The notes beneath the pieces were generated by a model, which saw only the letters and a list, made by a program, of their open reading frames with translations, ran no database searches and had not been told where the DNA came from. A program made the position numbers and the translations under genes. Shown piece after piece: positions 1 to 10,988 of a stretch of DNA of 64,000 bases (its first letter is position 1; every line of letters starts with the position of its first letter). The DNA is from Malacoraja senta (lineage: Eukaryota), in assembly GCA_038087875.1 (NCBI GenBank), contig CM075988.1, positions 24,740,001-24,804,000 on the forward strand. The letters are read 5' to 3'.

Positions 1-142
1 ATTATTACATATGCCACTAATCATGATAAAAGGACTTACAGCAATTTCAAAATTAGAACAAAAATTAAAAATCTAAATATTGACATAAGTATCGACGGCT
101 ACAGGGAGAGCTCTATCATGGGAAAGAACATGTATAAGTACA

Positions 143-275
143 TGTGTAGGAAGGAACTGCAGATGCTGGTTAAAACCAAAGCTAGACACAAAAAAGCTGG
201 AGTAACTCAGCGGGTGAGGCAGCATCCCTGGAGAAAAGGAATAGGTGACATTTCGGATTGAAGCTCTTCTTCAGA
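143..275 (-). mobile_element. Penelope terminal-repeat-derived short cassette with degenerate hammerhead core
   Basis: Reverse complement reads TCTGAAGAAGAGCTTCAATCCGAAATGTCACC...GATGCTGCCTCACCCGCTGAGTTACTCCAGC...CAGCATCTGCAGTTCCTTCCTACACA, matching the other copies in the window. Confidence 0.8.
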
Positions 276-964
276 TCTGACGGTCACTTATTGGAGAAGG
301 TCACTTATATAGGCTTCTCATGTCACCAGGCTAACTCTGATCGGATAAGAGCAGTTGAAAGAGTTATGACCGCATTGGAAAGACATAGTCCACCTGAATA
401 TGATGTGACTATATTTATGAAAGCTGTGGAAAAATTAAGAATTCATACACTAGCTTCTTGGGGCACAAAGCTAATACATCTTGCATCAAATGCTAAGCGA
501 ATTTACTGTGAATCCAGATCCAATGCAGTTAAAGTTTAGGTAGAGGAAGAGGTAAGCGATCCCTTGGTGATTTAGAGTATTAGTCTATATGACACAGAAC
601 AAGTAGGCAACATGCAGATTAAATTTCTCCATTCTCACTTTAAACCCATGCCCTCTAGTTCTAGACTTCCCTGCCCTTGGAAAAATATTCTGACTACATA
701 AGAAGGTAGAAATTAGCCATCCTTTTATTTCAGTACAACTATCACATTGAATACAGATCTTACAGCGAAATGCTATAGTACTTTATGAAAAGCCATGAAG
801 AGTATAGAGAACAAGCTTATGTTCCTCAGGTGATAGAATAGTCACTGTAGACACTGCAGAAAATACCTGGAACCACACAAAAAGCTTGGTTGGAAACAAA
901 TGTACAAATACACATTACGTAGATGGACAGGTTCGGACTTGGGTCTGAATAATGGCATGAAACT

Positions 965-1120
965 ATTTTATTGAAGATGATATTCTTGATTAGGAAGGGG
1001 ATCAAAGGTAACTGGGAGAAGGCAGGAGAATTGGGTTGAGAAGGAAACAGATCAGCCATGAGTGAATAGTGGAGTAGACTCGATGGGTTGAATGGGCTAA
1101 TTCTGCTCCTATGCCTTATA
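965..1120 (+). mobile_element. CR1 LINE 3' end fragment
   Basis: GGGAGAAGGCAGGAGAATTGGGTTGAG...ATCAGCCATGA...GAATGGGCTAATTCTGCTCCTAT resembles the 3' end of the CR1 at 34310-34415. Confidence 0.7.
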
Positions 1121-2357
1121 GTATTAAGCGTCCACCAATCTGAGTTGTATAGAATGATAACACTGGGTATATTACCAAAGGAATTGCAAAGGAAGATCAG
1201 GGAAGAATTTCATGCAGAATACTTTAGGTATAATAGTTATGTAGACAGTGATTCAAATATTTGTCCACTGGCCTGGCATTGACAAATGTATAGAAGAACA
1301 AGCCTGCTGAAACAAAGTAGGCCAGGGATGTTGGATGTGATTCCGTATGCACCATTGAGGGCATGGGTCTGGCTTGCAAGATAATTTGTGCTAATATTGT
1401 GGTAAAAAGGAGAAAAACGTACTGTATTAATTGACAACCATTGAAAATGTCTCGACATATGTGGTGTTGTATCTTATCAAGGAAGGCACGGTAGAGAAAT
1501 TAAGATCTATCTTAGCCACATATGAAGAAGTTTGTTTCAGATAATGATTCATAATTTAGATTATTCATCTTGAATGATTCATGAAGAGCAATGGAATTAA
1601 ATGTTGCTGCTTACAATTCAGTGCAAATTGGGAAGCAGAAAGATTATTTTATGTGGCAAAAGAGGCATTGCAAAAGGAAGTTATGGAATGAACTTTGCTA
1701 TGCAACATCAATTTGCAGCAGTTTTTCAGCAATGGGACAATGCCATACTCCACAGCAGGCGGCACTCCTGCAGAACTGCTTATGAACAGAAGGATGAGAG
1801 ACTGTGATTGAATCTCATCCAAACCAATTTGTAAGGGAAGTGGAGAATAGGGAATGAAAACGAAGAAGGCATCATAACACAAGTTGCACAGCAAGGAGAT
1901 CCAGCCTGCACAATAGAGTTCATGTCGTGAGACCTGTTAGCAGGTCGAAATGAGGTGTTAGTGGTGATATACAGTTTGAATTGTCATGAACGTTGGAAAT
2001 ATATGGACTTTTATGTATGTATATGTTGATCAGCTAATCCAAATAAACAATTCCCAACAATAGCAAAGAATACAGCTCAAATGCCTTTCTGAAGAGAATA
2101 CAACTATCATTCAGGAGTAATTTGTTTGATATTCCTACTGAGAGAGAGTTGAGACAATGTTGTGAAGTCCAGTAATACTCCATAAAACGTGGAAAACCAA
2201 CACCGTCCAGAATTAACATCTTGATTACATCTTAATTTGTGAAATAATACTAGTTTTATGCAGTTCATGGTAATTGTGAATGCCTAATTATCATTTGAGA
2301 TAAAATAGGCCGGGATACCATTTTTTAAATGCACTAGGAATTTGGAAAGTGTGGTGA

Positions 2358-3206
2358 TGTAGTAGAGGTTTTACAGTAAGGCAATTTCAATCATGCTGTG
2401 ATGGAAGAGATTACACAGGTCTTGGAGAAAGATACAATGTCCACAAGACTTCTGCTGTTAACCAAACTGCTAAGTAATTTGAACTGGGCTTACATTGAGC
2501 AAAATCTATCGAGGGAAGATTGTTTTTGCTATGTGATGATGAGATAAGGAAGCTAAAGATCGGATGTTTCCTCACGTCTGAATGCACCGACGTCAGCTCA
2601 GTACATTCTAGTTCGGGCGCAACAAGAAAGTTGGAATTGTGATGGCTGACTTGTAAGCAATGGAAACCATCTGGACGAAAGGTCAGAGATGATCACTTCC
2701 TAACTTCAAAGATGTCAGCTGAGAGAAGAAAGTGTAAGATCCACGGGGAGCTATATTAAGAGTTCTGAGATGTAATAGTAGGGCAAAAAGGAAGAAATAA
2801 GTTTTAAATGTTCCTGGTTGCTATTGTTGGTTATGTGATACTTGGGAATATTTTGGTATCATTTCAATTACTGCAAGACCTTATGGATATATCAGTTTAT
2901 GTTAGTTTAAGTTTTATAAATTATGTTTGGTAATTTATGTGATATTTTGCAGTCGTCTTTGGTATGGGGTTTGAGATTTGTTACATGTTACATGTGAAGT
3001 CCATTGAAGAAGCCATTATTGGGTTTATGCGTACCAGAGGCACATCTGTTGAATTGTTAAGGTTACATTGTAAACTTATAATATAGCTATATAAATAGTT
3101 GAGAGGAATAAAAAAAAAGATTTATGTTTAGGCTGATATATCTTGGTTGCCTCTGTTTATATGTTTCTGTAAATCATTAAATACTTGTATAATTTTATAT
3201 ATTACA
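2358..3206 (+). mobile_element. Candidate 3' LTR of the Gypsy remnant
   Basis: Purine-rich tract (GGAAAGTGTGGTGA) then TGTAGTA at 2358; a near-inverted TATTACA ends at 3206; AATAAA near 3107; lies downstream of the integrase remnant. No second LTR is in the window to confirm it. Confidence 0.35.
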
Positions 3207-3769
3207 TGTAAATCGTTGATTGGTCAAATTATGTAATATATTTAATATATTAATATATCATTTAATATATATAGACAGATATTACTTCTGAGGGTTTGTT
3301 ATATTTCATTTGAAACATAAAACATTGCTGTCTATTTGGTATGTGTACAATTTTAGAATTATGTACAACATGTTTTTTTTTAAATATTTTGTATCAGCTG
3401 CTAAAATTTGGGAAAGGTTTTATACTTTCATTGTCAAAGTTCTCTTGAACATTTTTGATCTACATTTAATAGAAAAGCATTCATGTACTTTCCGTTCAGC
3501 ATAACCGCAGAGGCTGCTGGCAGCATCCAGAAATACTGTTACAAAATAGCATTTGTGAATTTGTTGCTCTGGTCAAATTGACACTACCAATCTGAACACT
3601 GAGGCAGAGATCTGATTGTACCTTTCAATGGGTGCAATATTGGATCTGATGTTGAGGTTCAAATTGACTAATTCCCTTTGCTGCTGCTTGGAGTGAATGT
3701 TGTTCAAGATTTAACATCCAATTAAAACAAACTGATAGGATAGAAGCAGGCTATTCAGCCCATCTGTTG

Positions 3770-3880
3770 GGGTGGAAGATTGCAAACCTCCTGTTTCGAC
3801 TAATGCAATCAACGGAAGATCAAATAGAACAAGTTGTCCTACAACTTTAGGCTGTGCACGCCACACGAAAGAAGAAGAAG
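3770..3880 (+). mobile_element. Short (AAG)n-tailed retroposon (SINE-like, unclassified), copy 1
   Basis: Starts GGGTGGAAGATTGCA, ends CTGTGCACGCCACACGAAAGAAGAAGAAG; 13-bp TSD AGCCCATCTGTTG at 3757-3769 and 3879-3891; homologous to 14954-15092. Confidence 0.8.
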
Positions 3881-3956
3881 CCCATCTGTTGCTGGTGTTG
3901 GTGCTTCTTCTTTAAAGGAACCAATTCACGACCTGCTCTTTCGAACACATCCTTCT

Positions 3957-3988
3957 GTCTGAAGAAGGGTTTCGGCCCGAAACGTTGC
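3957..3988 (+). ncRNA. Minimal type I hammerhead ribozyme motif (best-preserved copy)
   Basis: GT-CTGAAGA(3959-3965)-A-GGGT/TTCG/GCCC (stem II with UUCG loop)-GAAA(3979-3982)-C-GTT-GC. The upstream GT can pair with the downstream GC (helix I). Predicted cleavage is after 3986. Activity is untested. Confidence 0.7.
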
Positions 3989-4054
3989 CTATTTCCTTCG
4001 CTCCATAGATGCTGCTGCACCCGCTGAGTTTCTCCAGCATTTTTGTGTACCTTC
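3957..4054 (+). mobile_element. Penelope terminal-repeat-derived short cassette
   Basis: Hammerhead core followed by the family body ATAGATGCTGCTGCACCCGCTGAGTTTCTCCAGCATTTTTGTG. Confidence 0.85.
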
Positions 4055-4243
4055 CTCTGTTTCTTTCTCTCTTGTGTGCTTATCTATCTTCCCCTTAAAC
4101 GCATCAATGTTAATCACCTCAATTTCTTTCTCAAATACGCATTCCCAAGAGGACTGTACTGTACCAATCATCTGATTTAAATTTCAAAATGGAAACATTC
4201 AGTTACAAACACCCAGATTATGGAGAGAGGATGATAGAGGATG

Positions 4244-4554
4244 GGAGGCACGGTGGCGCAGAGGTAGAGTTGTTGCCTTACAGCGCTTACAGCGCCAGAC
4301 ACCCGGATTTGATCCAGACAACGGGTGCTGGAGTTTGTATGTTCTCCCCATGACCACGTGGGTTTTCTCTGAGATTTTCGGTTTCCTCCTGCACGCCAAT
4401 GATGTACAGGTTTGTAGGTTAATTGGCTTGCTATAAATGTAAATTGTCCCTAGTATGTGTAGGATAGTGTGCGGGGATCACTGGTCGGCGCGGACTCAGT
4501 AGGCTGAAGGGCCTGTTTCCACGATGTATTTTTAAACTAAACTAAAACTAAACT
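4244..4554 (+). mobile_element. tRNA-derived SINE (HE1/V-SINE-like), near full length
   Basis: Head GGCACGGTGGCGCAGAGGTAGAG (A-box-like), degenerate B box, central GGAGTTTGTATGTTCTCCCC domain, CR1-like 3' part (GAAGGGCCTGTTTCC) and (TAAAC)n tail. Confidence 0.85.
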
Positions 4555-5537
4555 TAACCCGCAAACATCTTGAGAAGAGGCATTCAATTAATCTCAGACA
4601 TCTACATGTACTTGTAGATCTGCAGACTTTCCATTATAATGTCCTTCTGAAGTTTGCTGTTCGGTTTCTGCCACCACCCTCTCATGCAGTGCATTCCAGA
4701 TCACAACTCACTGCATAAAAACAAGTCTCTTCATGATCCCTCCATCAGGTACCAATTACTTCAAGTTATTGTTCTCTTGCCTGCCCTGCCACCAGAAGCA
4801 GATCCTCCAATTCAAATGATTGGATAAATTAATATTGAACCAATGAATTCCAATAAAAACAATTACTTGTTATAACTGCCAATGAAAACGATCACTTTTA
4901 AATTAAATTCTTTAAAACTTATTTCAGTAGTTTTAATTAATAAAAAAACAATATTTTGGAGACTGCCAGTTTGAGAATATCATACCTGAAAAGATGATAT
5001 TTTTAAGTTCCCTCAGATTTAAAAGTTGCTGCTGAATTAGCTGCACATGACAACGATTTTAATGTTGGTTTCAAAAACATATTTAACTATATGAAATTGT
5101 ATACATGCCAGCGGACTGCAGTGAATTTCAGTGGTAATGGCTTGGTGTTGAGTATTATGTTTCAGCTGAAACTTTAAGTGAAAGGCTTGATCTGAAAGGT
5201 TTTAAATATGTTTGCACTTAAACCTGAGGTTTGGGTTATTGAACAAAACCTTTTACTCTTGCAAGGCACAGTATTACATGTTGGGAAACACCACCCTGCA
5301 CATGTGTAGCCAACAGAAGGAAGAAAGGTCCCCAGTCTATTGTCCACCCGACAACTCCCAGCGTCTGGAATGCCCGTTCTATAACTCTGCACCTCCCTCA
5401 CTACCCCCTTGAAACCAGCATCACTTCGGATCATCCGGCCAAACATCACTTAATACGGATCATTATATATTATCCTGGTCATAGACGAATGGTACCAAAG
5501 ATTCAGCAGAATGATACCACCTAAGTTATGAGGAAGA

Positions 5538-5607
5538 TAGACATAAAATGCTGGAATAGCTCAGCGGGACAGGCAACATCTCTGGAGAGAAGGAATGGGT
5601 GACGTTG
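5538..5607 (-). mobile_element. Penelope terminal-repeat-derived cassette, truncated
   Basis: AAATGCTGGAATAGCTCAGCGGGACAGGCAACATCTCTGGAGAGAAGGAATGGGTGACGTT matches the family on the minus strand. Confidence 0.75.
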
Positions 5608-5609
5608 GC

Positions 5610-5900
5610 AACCATGAGGAAGAAACTCAAAGCTCTCAACGATCCCAACTTGGGCACAATTGAAGCTGACTGAGTTGTGTCCCTCAATCACCTTGTTTCC
5701 TGAAGCCATCAACTAACTCCATTGCCTTGCTGAAATTGAGGGAGAAATTATTATCCTGGCAACACATTACTATGCTCTCTATCTCATTCCTGTACTCCAT
5801 CTCATCACGGTTCGAGATCAGGCCCACAATGTCGGAATCATCTACAAACTAGGAATTGGGAGTTAAAGCAGAATTTGACCACACAGTCACGAGTGTATAA
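5610..5900 (-). mobile_element. Rex1/Babar-like LINE reverse transcriptase fragment
   Basis: Minus-strand translation YTRDCVVKF.../FVDDSDIVGLISNRDEMEYRNEIESIVMCCQDNNFSLNFSKAMELVDGFR fits the Rex1-type FADD..VGLI...YR.EV..L..WC..NNL.LN.SKTKE motif. Confidence 0.75.
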
Positions 5901-7496
5901 TTTAATTGATATATATAGTTGCGCTCCATTTTATGTCTAAAGTCCTATTCTCAGTCTCAATGTTACTTCAATGAGGTATCAGTTATTGTTAATCAAATAG
6001 ACAGGTGGTCCTCTTTGGCACAGTTGTCCGAGAAACAAACCAGGATCAATACAACTGTTTTGATGAAGGATTCATTACCTCTGCACTTTAAGTTGTTTAA
6101 ATGCACTTTAATCTGTTTAAATTGAAGTACATAAAATGTGGAGCATTGTTTGAGTTGTATCTACAGAAAGTCAAACAACACTTCTTTGTTAAAACGTTTC
6201 AGAAGATCCTGAGATCATGAAGTGCTACAGAAATATAAAATTGTCTCTGGAAGATTGCTAAACTTCATCAAACTACATTAAAATTTCAAACCCAGAGCCA
6301 TGAGCTTTTGAGCTTCTCAATGATGCCCCTTGAGGACTCGTGTGAATTGTTTTCCATTCTGATGCTCACCTCATCTGTCCTTTCTCTTCTTACTTTCTGG
6401 CAAAAATTAAAACACTTACTTAGCATCTAAGTTGAGCAGATAGTTATTCCCAGCCTGGGTTTGTGCCATTTCTAGCCTTTGAAATCTTGAATTGCAAACA
6501 GAAAATTCAGTTAAATTAATGAAAGCACCAGTCACCCTTGACCAGCTGATATTATTACACTATGTGGGTGGCTTGTAACAAGCAGCAGATGGAGGATGTG
6601 GCATAACTTTGAGTGTGTCTGTGAAAATAAAGAGAAGATTATTATCAGATCTTCTTAAATTCTGAATCAATCCAGTCCTTAATTCCAAGAATTGGCCTCC
6701 TACTCAGACAAAGGAAGAAATATGGCAACAGCAGTGAGCTGAGTATTTTCCCTCTAATGACTTCAATTTCTCCTCTCTCTGCTCTTTGAAATATTCACAT
6801 GCCTCAGAGGGCGGTCTCCTATTTAACCCATGTCACCATTGAAGGATATCCCTGGACTCTCTTCTCCCTCTCTTGGCAAAATATATATATTTTTTAATTG
6901 CCGCATGCAAACTTACTGGACTGCAAGATCGAGATAAGCAAGGAAGGTCCTCTGACAGTGACCCTGACATCCCCAACTTCCTATTTATTTATTGAGAACT
7001 ATGTTGGAGGGATTTTATACTTACTGCCATATTTTGAAAATTCTTTCTGCACTTAATGAAATGAATGCTACATTTTTTGTTCAATTGTGGAAATTTAAAG
7101 TTGTACAGCAGAGGTGACCTTTCAGCCCATTGTGCTTGTGTTAGCTCTTGGAAAGCTAATCGAAGTCTCATTCTCTGCTTGCTCACTGATGTTTTCTCCC
7201 CAGAACAGTTTATCCAGTTCTTTGAAAGCTCTTAAATTTGCTATTCCCCTTTCAAGAAAAATATTCCAGATTACAACAATTCATTAAAAAATATCCTGCT
7301 TCCAATCTTTTTTTTTTTGCTGATCTACTCTTCCCTGAGTGGAGATATTTTTTCACTTTTTAACTAAACAAACTTGCCTAATTTTGGTCATAATGACAAA
7401 AACAAACGAAGAAACATCACAGTAGCATCAATTAACAACACCAACTGGTGTTCGTATAACATATTTTTAGTGTAATAAAAAATTCTCATGCGCTTA

Positions 7497-8890
7497 GAAT
7501 TGTGCCTCTATTTAAGAAGGGCTACAAAAAACCTAGGAACTATAGAACAGCCAACTTAACATCTGTGGTAGGAGAGTTACTAAAGAGGACTCTGAGGGAT
7601 AAGGTTTCACAGGCATTTGGAAAGGCAGGGGTTGATTAAGGATAGTCAGCTTGGTTGTGTGTGTGGGAGGTCATGACTCAGGAATTTGATCGAGTTTTAT
7701 GAACAAGTAACCAAGAAGGTTGTTAATGGCAGGGTTGCAGGCATGGTCTATATGCATTTGAGCAAGACATTTGATAAGGTTTCTTATGGTAGGCTTTTCC
7801 GGATGGTTAGATTGCATGGGATCCAAGGAGAGCTAGCCAACTGGATACAGAATTGGCTTCATGGTAGGAAGTAGAGAGCGATGGTGGAAAGTTGTTTATC
7901 GGACTGAAGGTCAATGACTAGTGGTGTGCCTCAGGGATCAGTGTTGGGCCTATTGCTGTTTGTCGTCTATATCAATGATTTGGATAACTAAGTTTGCAGA
8001 TGACACTAAAGTAGGTGGTTTCGTAGACAGTGAAGATGGTATCAAGAATTATAGTGTGATCTTGATCAGCATAGCAAGTGGCCAATGGAGTGTAATTCAG
8101 ATAGGTGCAAGGTATTGCATTTTGGGAAGTCAAACCAGGGCAAGACTTTCACAGTGAATGGTAGGGTCCTGGGGTGTATTGTAGAGCAGAGGGATCTGGG
8201 CATACGAGTCCATAGAAAGTGATGCCACAGGTGGATATGGTGATGAAGAAGTATTTTGGCATATTGGCCTTCATTAGTCAAGGAATTGATTACAGAAGTT
8301 TGGATCTTATGTTAAAGCTGTATAAGACGCTGTCGCGGTTGCACGTAAAATATTGTGTTTGGTTTTGGTCACCCCGCAATAGGAAAGATGCTATTAAGCT
8401 GGAATGAGTGCAGAGAACATGTACAAAGATGTTGCCCGAACTCAAGGTCCTGAGCTATAAAGGATATAAAGCTATAAAGGACAGGCTAGGGCTTTATTCC
8501 TTGGATCTCATGAGGCTGTGGGATGATATAGAAATATATAAAATCATGAGAGGAATAGATACGATGAATGCACAGTCTTTTTTCCCATGGAAGAGGAATC
8601 GAGCTAGAAGGCATAGGTTTGAGGAGAAAGATTTAATGGGAATGTAAAGGGCAACTTTTTCGCACAGAGGGTGGTGGGTACATGGAACCAGCAGGAGGAC
8701 ATAGTTGAGGCAGGTACAGTATCAGCATTTGAAAGAATTTTGAAAAAGTACATGGATAGGAAAGGTTTAGAGAGATATGGGCAAAACGTGGGCAGATGAA
8801 CTAGCTTAGATTGGGCATCTTGGTTGGCATGAATGATTTGGGCCAAAGAGCCTATCTCTATCGTCGTGCTTTGTATGACACTATGACTTG
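7497..8890 (+). mobile_element. Degenerate CR1 LINE (RT and 3' end)
   Basis: Broken ORFs carry LSKTFDKVSYGRL, KFADDTKVGG and YCVWFWSP; ends in a CR1-type 3' UTR and (CTATGA)-like tail. Confidence 0.85.
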
Positions 8891-10988
8891 AGGACTTCAA
8901 ACAAAATTTAGCATCCACATCAAGGGAGATATTGAATCATGTCATCCAAAGTTAAATCAAAGAGATAGGATTCTCTTGATAATGGATGGAGGTAATAGAT
9001 CTAGGGTTGGAAAAACAGCAGATGAGTTAGACAACAAAGGTACAAGCCGTAATGGAAACTGCTAAAATTGTTGAAATTAAAGAGGCTGGAATTGGAGAAA
9101 AGCTTTTTTCATTCATCTTTTCATGGCAGAGATTTTTAGGGTGGAAAACCAATTCTAATTGCAAACACAGTAAATTAAATTAAATTCAGCTTTATTTGAT
9201 AAATGTTCTCCTTCGAAGTGAACCCACAATTCAATTAGTATATTTGACCATGACATTGTAACTCCAATTCTGTCATTTGGACACTTGGCAATTGAAAATC
9301 CAAAACCATCAGAAAAATTCTCTGAGGTGGGTTGAGCAGCAGGGGGTTGGAGGAGAGGGTGACCTTATCAAAATGCACACAAAAAACCAAAAAAAAGACA
9401 ATTCACTCTATTGCCTGTATCTTTAAAGTCCAGGAATCACAGAAAGCTCCAGATATAAGATTTTCCCTCTTTGTATGCCATCAGCTAACTTAATTCCTAA
9501 TATTTCCTTTTGTTTGTTATTCTGGATTTACAAAGAAATTAATGGAGGAAAGAGTATTTTTAAGCTTTGCCAAACCACGGTCTTTGATCTTCAAAGTTTG
9601 ATTTTCATTAAAGCTGATTTATGTGGGTAGTAATAAAAGAAGTGTGCGATGAAATGATACATATGAGTGTGTTTGTGTATATGCCTGTGTGGGTGGGTTT
9701 CAGCAGGGTGCCATGGCTGTTGTTTGGTGTATGATTCTAACAGCCGTTGGCAGCAGACCTGACATATTTAGTTGGCATTTGTTTCTCTGTGAAACTATAA
9801 GTGTCAGAAAGCAATTCGACTGTGAAAGAGGTCATAGTTGAGTGTATAACATGGACGCACACATGCACACACATGTATAAATGTACAAACATTTAACTAA
9901 GAATCATGTGAGGAGATATTAAGACTGGGCTTGATCAAAAAAGGTTGGTTTAAGCAGCAACAAAGAGATAGTGAGCAAGAAAGATAATGGGAGTGAATTT
10001 TAGAGTTTTAGATTAATGCAGATGAAGAAATTGCTACAGGTGACAAAGTGATGAAAACTGGTGATGAGCAAAATACCAGAATTGAACATGTACAGAAATC
10101 TCCAAGGTTTGCAAGAGATAAAAACAGAATGCTGGAAATACATTAGGCAGCATCTGTGGAAAGAGAAAGAATTTCAATGCGCCAGGTTGAAGTCTGTTTA
10201 TCAGGTTGTACCTGACAGGTGAATACTTCTAGTATTTCTGTGTTTCTTTCAGATTTTAAACTTCTGCAGTTCTTTTTTATTTGTAAGGCTGGAAGAGGTT
10301 GGGAGATGGGAAAGAGTAAGGTTATAAAAGTTTCTGAAAGCAAGAAGGAGCACTTGCCAAATTGGCCCTGAATCTCAAACCAGAGTTACCACTTCAAAGT
10401 TTGTTTGGGAGGCAGCAGGGTTTTCTGTGCTGGCAGGACCCCATTTATCTTTGTGGTGAAATCTTGCTTCACCTTTGCCCATCAAAATACTTGAAGTCAG
10501 GCCTTAGTCAGGTCTCTATCATTACTCGCAGAACTAGATAAAGTGAGTAACTGATCAACAGCGAACTAACATGACCAGAGGGTCCTGATTTGCATATCAA
10601 GTAAATATGTTGCTTGAAACAAGATGAGTTCTGAACTTCCAGCTATTTTGAAATTGGTACGGTTGAATGTCTGAGGTTCATGGGAAAATTAGATAATTGA
10701 CTCCATAGTGAAACCATCCTGATGATACTGATCAAATGCGATTGTCAACAACACCATATGCAGCAAGCTAGCAATCAGCACTGGGAATGTCATCTAGTTT
10801 TTCCCATGGTCACGAGTAGCACAACCAACATTAACCAGGGTCGGAGTGTTGGAGGGTCAGGGTGAGGTTGGGAGATGGTAGAGCACTTGGTGTCTAGTGG
10901 TTGAACAACAAGGAAGAGAATAGCACATATTGAACTTTGAACTCTGGTCTAACTCCAGTTGACAATTCACCTGTGAGCCCTTGGCAGA

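Larger units (their letters stand above)
1..2050 (+). mobile_element. Decayed Ty3/Gypsy LTR-retrotransposon pol remnant (protease-like, pre-RT, RNase H end, integrase), interrupted by younger repeats
   Basis: Hand translation gives ordered, frameshifted Gypsy-type motifs: IDISIDGYRESSIMG (~79-123, weak protease-like), AKRIYCESRS..VEEEV (~493-555, pre-RT), AILLFQYNYHIEYRS (716-760, RNase H end), ILPKELQRKIREEFH (1168-1212) and HWPGIDKCIEE (1266-1298, integrase zinc-finger region), APLRAWVW (1349-1372), VSDN (1534-1545), FMKSNGIK (1578-1601), EAER (1632-1643), TPAELLMNRR (1764-1793). Confidence 0.8.

Noticed and set aside
4244..4330. tRNA gene (also 28431, 53591)
   Set aside because: A/B boxes continue into a SINE body and LINE-like tail, and I could not fold a complete cloverleaf.
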